This document shows, in pieces, positions 11,301-21,209 of a stretch of DNA of 64,000 nucleotides (positions within the stretch are counted from its first letter, which is position 1; every line of letters begins with the position of its first letter). The stretch lies in the NCBI GenBank assembly GCA_004431415.1, contig QPMI01000208.1, positions 80,400 through 144,399 on the forward strand, written 5' to 3'. The notes below the pieces were generated by a model. It was given only the letters and a program-made list of their open reading frames with translations. It did no database searches and was not told where the DNA came from. The stretch comes from Cyanophora paradoxa CCMP329 (lineage: Eukaryota > Plantae > Glaucophyta). The translations under genes and the position numbers were made by a program.

Positions 11301-14111
11301 GGCGGTCCGGGTCTCCTTCTTCGTGCGCCCCGCCCCGCCCGGGCCGCTGCTACCACCGGCGGCGCGCGTGACACGGCGTGGCGCGGGGGCGCAGGGCGTG
11401 GAGAAGGAGTACCGGGTGGTGGCGACCCTCAAGTTCACCAGCGAGCGCCGCCGCATGTCCACCGTCGTCCAGGCCCGCCGCCCCTCCCCCGCCCGCCCCG
11501 CCGGCCCCCGCCCCGCCCCTGACGGGCCTTGAGCAGGAGGTCGAGCAGGAGGGGGCCGAGCCCGGCCGCGTCCTTCTCCTCACCAAGGGCGCCGACGAGG
11601 AGATCATGGGGCGCCTCGCGCACCCCGCCAGTGCGCCCCGCGCCCCGCCCCGCGCCCGCCCGCCCCGCCCCGCCGCGGCGAGCGTGCTGTGCAGCGGCGG
11701 GCGAGGCGGCGGCCGTGGCGGAGGCAGGCGAGGCGGTGGCGCGCTTCTCGACGGAGGGGCTGCGGACGCTGCTCTGGGGCGCGCGGGAGATGCCGTCGGA
11801 CGAGTTCGGGGAGTGGCTGGCGCGCTACGAGGCGGCGGAGTGCATCGCGGAGCCGGCGGTGCGGGCGGAGCGGGCGGAGGCGCTGGCGGACGAGCTGGAG
11901 CGGGGCCTGCGCCTCGTCGGCGTCTCCGCCGTGGAGGACCGCCTGCAGCGCGGCGTCCCCGCCGCCATCGCCTTCCTCCGCGCCGCCGGCGTCCGCGTCT
12001 GGCTCCTCACCGGCGACATGCAGGCCCGCCCGCCCGCCCCTCCGCCACCCGCGCCCCGCGCCGCCCCGCGCTCACGCGTGGCCGGCGCAGGAGACGGCGA
12101 TCAACATCGCGCACTCGTCTCGGCTGCTGGCGCCGGGCATGGAGCTCCTCAAACTGCACGCCACCAGCGCCGAGGAAGCCCGCCAGCAGCTCGCCGAGTT
12201 TGCCGCGAAGGCACCCTCACCCGCCCCCGCTCCCGCGCGCCGGGCCGCCCCGCCCGCCGCCGCCTCTTCGGCGGGGGCGCTGCCGTCGTGCCCGACCCGC
12301 CGGGGCCGGTGACGCCGGCGAGCTCGTGCGGGGCGCCGACGACGGCTCCCTCGGCGGCGCGGCCGGGGCGGGCCCTGGTCGTCGACGGCCGATCCCTGGC
12401 CCTCGTCCTCGAGTCGCCACCCCTCACCGTGCGGCCTGCCCCGCGCCCCGCGCCCCGCCGGCGCTCTCACGCCGGCCGGCAGTCGATGCTGCTGGACGTG
12501 GCGCACGGCTGCGAGGCGCTCGTCTGCTGCCGCGTGACGCCGCTGCAGAAGGCGCGCGTGGTGCGGGCCGTGCGGGAGGCCGACCCTGAGCGCGTGCTGC
12601 TGGCGATCGGGGACGGGGCGAACGACGTGGGGATGATCCACGAGGCGCACGTGGGAGTGGGGATCCTGGGGAACGAGGGGACGCAGGCGGCGCAGGCGTC
12701 GGACATCGCGGTGTGGCGCTTCGCGGCGCTGCGGCGGCTGCTGGCGCTCCACGGGCGCCAGAACGCCCTCCGCATGGCCGCCCTCATCCACTCCATCTTC
12801 TACAAGGACGTCCTCTTCGCCCTGCCCCTCCTCTGGTTCTCCCCCTTCATGGCCGCCACCGGCCAGGCCCTCTACGCCGACTGGATCTTCGCCGGCTTCG
12901 ACGTCGTGCGCCCGCGCCCCGCGCCGCGTCGCCCCGCGCGCGCGCGTCGACGGGCGCGCGCGGGGCCGGCGCGCAGGTCTTCACCTCGCTGCCGCCGATC
13001 GTCCTCGGCTGCTTCGAGAAGGACCTGGACGACTCGCTGGTGCCCCTCACCGAGCACCCCGCCGCCCTCCGCACCTTCCGCGACGACTTCCCCGTCCGCC
13101 ACCCCCGCGCCCCGCCCCCTGCGCCCCGCGAGGGAGGCGACCCCCGCCCGCCTTGCGCAGAAGCGCACCTTCTCCGCCCGCACCCTCGCCCAGTGGTACT
13201 CCGCCGCCGTCCTCCACTCGATCGGTGCCCCGCGCCCCGCCCCCGCTTCCCTTCCCGCGCACGCTGACGCCCCCGGGCACAGTGATCTTCTTCGGGGTTT
13301 ACCTGGGCGTGCGGGGCGGCGGCGAGGTCGTCAGCGGCGGCTCCACGCGCTCCCTCTACGACACGGTGCGCGGGCCGGCGGCGCCGCGCCGCGCGGCGGC
13401 CCCGCGTGAAGTGCGCGGCGGGGCGGCGCAGGGCGTGCTCGTCTCGACGGCCGGCATGCTCGTCATCCTCCTCAAGCTCGCCCTGCACACCATGGTCCGC
13501 CCCGCCCGCCCGCCGCGGGGCCGCGGGGCCGGGCGGCGATGGCGGGTGGGGGGGCAGCACTGGACGTGGGTGCACGCGGCGGCCTCGGCGGTCTCCTTCC
13601 TCGCCTACGTCGTCTGGATCGCCCTCGACTCCAGCGTCGGCGCCTCCCCGGGCTTCCAGGTGGGCGGGAGCCGGCGCCCGCCCGGGGCGCCGCGCCGAGC
13701 GGGGCGCAGGGGACGCTGCGGACGAGCGCGGGGGACGCGGCGACGTACCTGCTCGTGGTGGCGACCGTCTTCGCGGCCCTGCTGCCCGACGCCGCCGCCC
13801 GCTTCGCCCGCCGCAACTTCGCCCCCGCCCCCTGGGAGCGCCTCCAGGACGCTTACGCTGCCCTCGACGCGGGGCCGGCCTCGCCGCCGGCCTCGCCCGG
13901 AGCGCCGGGGACGGGCCGCGCGAGCGTCGCCCCCTCGATGGCGCACAGCGGGTCGACAGCGAGCGTGGGGACCCTCGCGGGGCGCTCCTCGGCGGGGCCC
14001 CTGCCCCGCACCCCGAACGCCAACATCGACCCCCTCCCCGCTGCTCCTGCGCCTGCAGCCAGAGCGGCTCCTCGCGGTCCTCCCGGCGAGGCCGCCGCGT
14101 ACCCGTCCTGA
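8341..14111 (+). CDS. P4-type ATPase (phospholipid flippase, ALA/DRS2/ATP8-like), many exons
   Basis: N|ISTTKYTLLSFLPKNL, AIKDALEDYRRYRADK, YVETGNLDGESNLK, phosphorylation motif DKTGTLTENRM, FTSERRRMS, TKGADE, EGLRTL, AVEDRLQRGVP, TGDMQETAINI, CCRVTPLQKA, IGDGANDVGMI, FYKD. Stop at 14109-14111. Confidence 0.95.
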
Positions 14112-14759
14112 TCGGAGCTAGCCAGGCTGGCCCGGCGGACCAGGCCGCACGTACACGCAGACGGTAGGGTTGCCGCAAATCGCCCCCAATTAATTCGGAA
14201 AATCGGATTTTCGATCGCCCACGCACACTGTTCAGAACGCTCTGTCCAGAACGCTCTCAGAGTCAGTTATGTACTTAGCAACTGGCAAAGCAATTAATTG
14301 GGGAAGGACCTCCTTCCCCTTCCCCCACTTGGGGGTGTTCGGGTGCCCACCCTAGGCCAAAATGAAATGTCCCGACCTCCCAAAAGCCCGGTTTTCTCGC
14401 CGGATCCTAGCAAGGCATGCCCCTAGGAGACCGGGAACATGTCTTGGGAGATCCGGGTCCCGTCGGGTCGACCAGGAATGGGCAATAACACATTTTCAAA
14501 AAATGCAATCTAGCGCCTCACCAAGTGGCGGTATATCTGCCGGACCGAGTGCGCCTGAATGCGCCTGATACGCCCGATGATTCATGTCATACATGCCGAG
14601 ACCGGAGGGGCAGAGGGTGGCCCGCTAGGCCGCCTCAAGTACCTGTTGTACCGGGCGCCGAAAAAAAGCGCTCCTGCGAGTTTGAGGAGATCGAGTCTCG
14701 AACGCTCCGGATCCGTGGCCGTACCCTAGAAACTAGGGCCTGTGCGACGCAGTTGAGCA

Positions 14760-15098
14760 ATGCCTCCGCCGACCGGCTCGGCGGCAGTAGCCGCGACGGA
14801 GTATGAGCTCTGTCTGGAGCCCTGTCACGACCCGCGCGGCTGCCATCCGGGCTGCAGATGCGTTCGATGCGGGAAGCACTTCGCTCGTCCGGACAACGTG
14901 TATCGGCACGTGCGAGAGTGTCGGAAGAAGGCGCCTGCGACGCCGCGTTCCGGTGCGCGCCGCTTGGCCGAGTGTGCGCCGATGGTTCTGACTGCCCCGC
15001 GCCTGCCGCCCGCAGATCCGAGCTCGGCGATTGCGATGTCTTCAAACATGTCGCTCTCTTGCTCGGTTTCTGATGGACTCCGGTTCAAGCAGATCTAG
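14760..15098 (+). CDS. Small ORF with C2H2/C2HC zinc-finger-like motif inside the TIR element
   Basis: CVRCGKHFARPDNVYRHVREC fits CxxCxKxFxRxxNLxRHxxxC. Confidence 0.45.
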   Translation: MPPPTGSAAVAATEYELCLEPCHDPRGCHPGCRCVRCGKHFARPDNVYRHVRECRKKAPATPRSGARRLAECAPMVLTAPRLPPADPSSAIAMSSNMSLSCSVSDGLRFKQI

Positions 15099-15289
15099 AC
15101 TCCTGCTCGGCGTTGTCTAGCCCTTCAAGCGCCTCGAGCACGCACGCGCGCGCACGCACGCGTGTCTTGACTCGCGCGCGCGCGGCCAGCGACCCGCGCC
15201 GTAGCAGATGGAGGCGGCGTCGCAGTATTCGCAGCTGCTCCTAGCACGCCGCGCCTCCAGGGCCCGCGCCGCGCGCCGCTCTCCAGAGC

Positions 15290-15930
15290 GCGCTGACGCC
15301 TCGGCTCTGCCGATCCACCCGCTTCGATCGAATTCCCCGTCAGGTTCGTCGACTCCAGGTTCGCCCCGCCGCTGCTGCGCATGCTACGCATCTCACCCGG
15401 CTGCTGGCGCTGGGCCCCGCCCCCGCGCCGCCGCTGTACAGCATGTCTGGCGCGAGCTGATGGCTCGGCCTTGCGCAGGCTATGTGCAGGGCCCGGCGCC
15501 ACCTGCCGCCCCTCCCGCTTCCTCGCCCGCCCCCCCGCAGGCTACTTCAGCTTCGAATTCCCGCCCGCCGGATGCTTCAGCTTCGTCGACTCCAGGTTCG
15601 CCCCGCCGCTGCTGCTGCGCACCTGGCCCGGCCGCCCCGCCGGGTCCCGTCCCTCACGGCCTCTGTCCGGGGCGAGCTGACGCCTCGGCTCTGCGTATGT
15701 GCAGGCTATGCGCAGGGCCCGGCGCCACCTACCTCTCCCCTGCTTTCCCGCCCGCCGCCCGCCGAATGCTTCAGCTACGTCGACTCCAGGTTTGCCCCGC
15801 CGCTGCTGCTGCGCACCTGGCCCGGCCGTCCCGCCGGGTCCCGCCCCCTCACGGCCTCTGTCCGGGCGAGCTGACGCCTCGGCTCTGCGTATGTGCAGGC
15901 TATGCGCAGGGCCCGGCGCCACCTACCTCT
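15290..15930. repeat. Degenerate ~190-bp direct repeats inside the TIR element
   Basis: Recurrent GCTGACGCCTCGGCTCTG, CAGGGCCCGGCGCCACCT and CGTCGACTCCAGGTT(C/T)GCCCCGCCGCTGCTGC blocks. Confidence 0.8.
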
Positions 15931-18290
15931 CCTCCCGCCGCTGCTTTCCCGCCGCCGCCGCCGCCGTCCGCCTCGCCACCCCACGTGCACCCGCCCGCCT
16001 CGCCACCCCGCCCGCCTCGCCCGCCCGCCCGCCTCGCCTTTCTGGCCCCCCCCCCTCACCCCCCCCACCCCCAGTACCCTGCAATGTGTACAAGTACCCC
16101 CCTTGCACCCGCGGCCCGCACTTGGCGCACTTGCACAGGGCCAGGCGCAGTCTGCTTTGATCCAGACTCTAATTCGTAATTGTCAACTACATAGCTAAAC
16201 CTGCCCGTTCCTGCTCGGAATTTAGAGGTCCTTCCCCTCCAACAGGGCCACTGCGACAGCAGTGTCCCTGTTCCGTTCATTATAAAAAGGGCCACTGACT
16301 TGCCGCGCGCGTCAGTTGGGTCCGGGGAAGGGCATTTAACCTCGGCGAATCCAAGATCTAGATGCAGAGGGCAGCTGCAGGGACTTAAACTAGCGCTTAA
16401 GCTTAAGAAGGCGCGCGCGCGGTGGCCGGGCGAGCCGCTGGGCCGGCTCCGGCCGAGGCTGGCCATGCCAGGCGAGCTCAGCGGCTGCAGCTGTCCTCGC
16501 GATCGAGGCGAGCTGTCCTCTTAGAGGTAGGCCTCATGATCAGGGCCTAGCGAGCTAGCTATAGCTATGTAAGGCGCGGGCCGGGCCTTGGGACTCCGGG
16601 AAGGGGGAGGGAACCTTGTCTGGCCATGGACGTGCTCGAGCTCCTGCAGCTGCCAGGCTGCGCATGCCCCGCGGCCGTCGCGCGCGGAGGCGTGGCGGGT
16701 GCACGAGTGCGCATGTGCTGCGGGTGCACGTGCGTCACGGCGCGCGTGGCTATAGCTACATAGCTAGCTATAGGGGCTGGCCGGCGCCTCGGCCTCCGCG
16801 CGATCTGGGCGCGGGCGCGGGGACGCTGCTCAAGCTCACGTTCCGCTCAAAAAGCGGCGCAGCGGGCCAGCTCATGATCAGCGGCGCCGGCTGCAGCAGG
16901 CATGCGCATCGCGCGCGCGCGGGGGCTCTGCGTCGCGCGGCGCGCGCGCCGCGCTGGCATCGGCTTGTTGCAAGTGGCATAGCCGGCCAAGTGCGGCCGG
17001 CTTGCGGCCGGCTTGTGCAATTGCGTCGGGGCGCGGTTGGCGCGGGTGAAGCGTGCGCGGCTGGCGCGGCTAGCCGCTGAGCCACAGCAAGCTGCCGCGC
17101 GCGCGAGAGGCGTAACCATTGTTGAGCCGAGCCGAGCTGCGGCGCCCGGGGGAGAAAGCGGCCGGGGGGTACTTTAAGAGGTTTCTCAGGGTAAGTTAAC
17201 TGACTCTCCAATGTGATTGGCTAGCGCGCGCGGCGTCCTCCCACGCGACCGCGCTCGCGCCCGGCCTTGCGCTTGCAGTACGGAATGTCGAACATGATGC
17301 GCGCAACGACCTCGAACTGGTCTGGCCCGTATATCTGCTCCCTGTGCGTCGCTGGACCCATTTTTGTCCCGGGTGTTGGTGCCTGTTCCTGGATCACCCT
17401 TTGGTCGGACGGGACCGGGAGACATGGTTTCGGGGTCCCCTGGGGATGCGCTTTCAGGGTGTACCGCGCGGCCCCGGTTTTGCGGAGGTCGGGGAAATGG
17501 GATTTGGGGTAGGGTTGGGCCCAAGGGACAGGGACAGGGGAAGTGTTTTACCCTTCCCCAATAATTATAAGCACGCAAGATTTACAGAGTCGAGTCCGAC
17601 CCGCGGGGGCACGTGAAAGCTACGTGCGAATTTCGCAACTTCTCCCGTCTAGCTCCTCGCCACCGAAAATGTCACCTGGCCATCGGCAGCCCTGTGGACC
17701 GCGCGCGCCTATATATCCCGCGAATACCGCAAGAAAGGGCTCTCCCGCGATGCATCGCACCCCCTGAATGCGAGGCTTGCACATGCTCAAATCACGAATT
17801 TTAGCTCCGAGCTCGCACCCCTCATGCATGAAGGTGCACGTGACGCCCCCACGTCGGCGTCTACAGCGCAATAAACCCAAATTAAACGTTACCGTAACGG
17901 CCTCTTTGTTCGCTCAGGCTGCGCTTTCGTGCTAGCTGTAGGCACAGATGGTGGACCGATTCCAGCCCGGCCCCTCTATGCATATGGATCATCGGATGCC
18001 GTCTGCATCAATATCTCAGAGTCTGATCATGGTCATGACTCTGATCATGAGGAACTTCGGAAGACGGCGAGAACGGCCCCAACAACGACAGCGCCGCACG
18101 CCTTGCAATTGCAAGGGGCAGATCTAGACATGACAGGCGACCCCCCAAAATCGTTAGCGGGACGCCTGAAACCCACGACCATGCCTTCATCCGGATCCTC
18201 GAGCTCTGCCCAACAACACGCGCCCGGCCCTCCGATCCGCGTCGAGACCCATGGCCAAACTGAGATATTTCAACATACTGCACGAAACCA

Positions 18291-18366
18291 TATGCATGGC
18301 CATCACGTCTCGACGTCTCAAAATATTATAATATTTTGAGACGTCGAGACGTGATGGCCATGCATA
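18291..18366. repeat. Perfect 76-bp palindrome at a duplication junction
   Basis: TATGCATGGCCATCACGTCTCGACGTCTCAAAATATTA|TAATATTTTGAGACGTCGAGACGTGATGGCCATGCATA. Confidence 0.95.
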
Positions 18367-18371
18367 GCGCT

Positions 18372-19370
18372 AGCGGCTCCTCGCGGTCCTCCCGGCGAGG
18401 CCGCCGCGTACCCGTCCTGATCGGAGCTAGCCAGGCTGGCCCGGCGGACCAGGCCGCACGTACACGCAGACGGTAGGGTTGCCGCAAATCGCCCCCAATT
18501 AATTCGGAAAATCGGATTTTCGATCGCCCACGCACACTGTTCAGAACGCTCTGTCCAGAACGCTCTCAGAGTCAGTTATGTACTTAGCAACTGGCAAAGC
18601 AATTAATTATAATTATAAGCACGCAAGATTTACAGAGTCGAGTCCGACCCGCGGGGGCACGTGAAAGCTACGTGCGAATTTCGCAACTTCTCCCGTCTAG
18701 CTCCTCGCCACCGAAAATGTCACCTGGCCATCGGCAGCCCTGTGGACCGCGCGCGCCTATATATCCCGCGAATACCGCAAGAAAGGGCTCTCCCGCGATG
18801 CATCGCACCCCCTGAATGCGAGGCTTGCACATGCTCAAATCACGAATTTTAGCTCCGAGCTCGCACCCCTCATGCATGAAGGTGCACGTGACGCCCCCAC
18901 GTCGGCGTCTACAGCGCAATAAACCCAAATTAAACGTTACCGTAACGGCCTCTTTGTTCGCTCAGGCTGCGCTTTCGTGCTAGCTGTAGGCACAGATGGT
19001 GGACCGATTCCAGCCCGGCCCCTCTATGCATATGGATCATCGGATGCCGTCTGCATCAATATCTCAGAGTCTGATCATGGTCATGACTCTGATCATGAGG
19101 AACTTCGGAAGACGGCGAGAACGGCCCCAACAACGACAGCGCCGCACGCCTTGCAAGGGGCAGATCTAGACATGACAGGCGACCCCCCAAAATCGTTAGC
19201 GGGACGCCTGAAACCCACGACCATGCCTTCATCCGGATCCTCGAGCTCTGCCCAACAACACGCGCCCGGCCCTCCGATCCGCGTCGAGACCCATGGCCAA
19301 ACTGAGATATTTCAACATACTGCACGAAACCATATGCATGGCCATCACGTCTCGACGTCTCAAAATATTA
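18372..19370 (+). repeat. Local duplication: copy of 14063-14299 joined directly to copy of 17561-18328
   Basis: Near-identical sequence. The only clear difference seen is TTGCAATTGCAA (18103) versus TTGCAA (19151). Confidence 0.95.
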
Positions 19371-20321
19371 ATCGCAGTCGACGCCGCAGCCACTGCAGCT
19401 GGCGACCCGGCTTACAAGCTGCCCCCGGCCCTGGCCTGCGCCAGGACGGACTGCTATATTGCGCGCTCCTGCGCCAACTGTTCAACGGTTCCCGGCCTTC
19501 GCACTGGCTGACGATGCGAACTGGGGCTGGTCAGAGCGACAACGCCACTGGGGCCAGCGGCCGGGACCCCTTCCCCGGCCCCCGCATAATCGCGCCGCCG
19601 CCCGCCGCGCCTCCGCCCGCGGCCGGGGCGCCGCGCCGCGCGCGCGCTCCGCTAGCGCTCTGCCGGCGAGCAGCGCGCGCCGCCCTAGGCCTCGAGCTCC
19701 CGTGTCCCCGCGCCTGGCCCCGCGCGGTACCCGGTCCTAGCTGGACATGTCGCCCTCCGCGATGTCGACGTCGACTCGCCGTACGCGTGTACATGCATTG
19801 CTTGGCTAACCGGGCGCGGCACGCGGGAGCGCGCAGCGGCCGGCTGCGCGACGCGAGGCCGGCGCCGTGCACGTGACGGGCGGGGCGATCGGGCAGCGGC
19901 CGCGGTCGGCGCGGCTCGCCAGGCGGCGCGGTCGGCGGTCGGCCGGGTGGAGGCGCCGCGGCGCGGCAGCTGCAGGCGGCGGCGCGGCTCGGCCTGCGGG
20001 ACGGGGGCGCGGCGCGCCGCGTCGCGGCGGCGCGGCTCGGCGCGCGCGCGGGCGGGGCGGGTCGGGGGCGTGGCGCGCGGCGGGGCGCAGCGGCTCGGCG
20101 GGCGGGCGGGGGCGCGGTGGGCAGCGGCGCAGCTCTCCGGGCACCGGCGCGCGGGGGGGGAGGCGCGGGCGGCGGCGCGCTGCGCGCAGGCCCAGGCCTA
20201 CGCCTAGCGAGCGAAGATCTAGATAGCCGCTGAGCATGCGCATTACTTAGTTGTTGTATTCTGTCAACGCCGGCGCCCCTACTTTAGACCCCACCTTGCA
20301 CCTCCTGAGACGAGCGGGGGC

Positions 20322-20577
20322 TGTCGGATGGGAAGAAGCCCACCCGGTACGCCCTGCGCGGTCTAGCGCAGGCGGTGGTGATAGCAGGAAGCACAAGTGG
20401 TCTATTCACAAGTGTACCCGTACAGCGACGGCGTACCCCTCAGATGGGGCCGCGCCCGGCGCTAAGTCACAACACAGAGAGCACTACAAGCTAGAAGCTT
20501 ACTAGCGCTAGACTAAGGCTAGAGGCTAACCATAGACTACCAGCTAGCCTAGTCCGAGGGCATCGCGGCATGCGACA
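20322..20577 (-). repeat. 3' LTR
   Basis: Direct repeat of 40579-40834 with TG...CA ends. Confidence 0.95.
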
Positions 20578-21209
20578 ACTCCTCACTCTGCATACGATGC
20601 GTCCGCGCATCGGACCGCGCCAAGCTCGTCAGCACGCGCAGCGGGTCTCCCAAATCGCGGCGGCGACGGAGCAGGAGCTCCACTCGAGGAAGATAGGTCA
20701 TCACCAGCAACCAGCAGCACCAGGTCGACGAAGTCGGGGTAGATAATAAGGGTAGAGGTAGCAGGATCCGATACCGGAAATGCATGTACCTAGGCAACCC
20801 CTGGCAAAGCTTGAAAAGTGCTGAAAAGCATAGACTCGAAACCCGTGGGCTGGCCCAAAACTCGCTCCGTACGGCGAGCACCGCAGGAGAGGGGCACGGA
20901 TGGGAAGTTTCACCGCCTCGGAAGAAAACGCGAGGAGGTATCCGGGCCACCCATCAGGCCCAACGAAAGAGCGGGGCACGATAGAGTGAGCCGCCGACTA
21001 CACGCCTTTCTGGGGCCGTGCACCAACGAAGCCCCACTCTACCACTCCTCTGAGCTCTAGGGCCCGCGCTCCAGAAAAGGGAACGAAAGTCTTCATGGAG
21101 CCAGCACGCCACCGACCCACGCTTGGCCCGACAAGACAGCGCAAGTGTGATCGGCCGACGTCTCCAAGAGAGGACAAGGCTGAGGCAAAGCTGGCAAAGA
21201 AATCTGCCC

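Larger units (their letters stand above)
14300..17559. mobile_element. Non-autonomous DNA transposon with long degenerate terminal inverted repeats (MULE-like)
   Basis: Ends GGGGAAGG...CCTTCCCC with ~200 bp of patchy inverted similarity (e.g. CCCGACCTCC-CAAAA, CATGTCT, CCAGGAA on both arms). AT-rich flanks. The duplicated flanks at 18372-19370 join with this segment absent. No transposase seen. Confidence 0.7.

Noticed and set aside
3100-14200. Many long Arg/Pro/Gly/Ala-rich ORFs in the six-frame track
   Set aside because: They are shadow frames of very GC-rich spliced genes, where stop codons are rare.
17929-19876. Duplicated 136/299-aa ORFs as real genes
   Set aside because: No recognisable domain or splice pattern; they arise from the local duplication.
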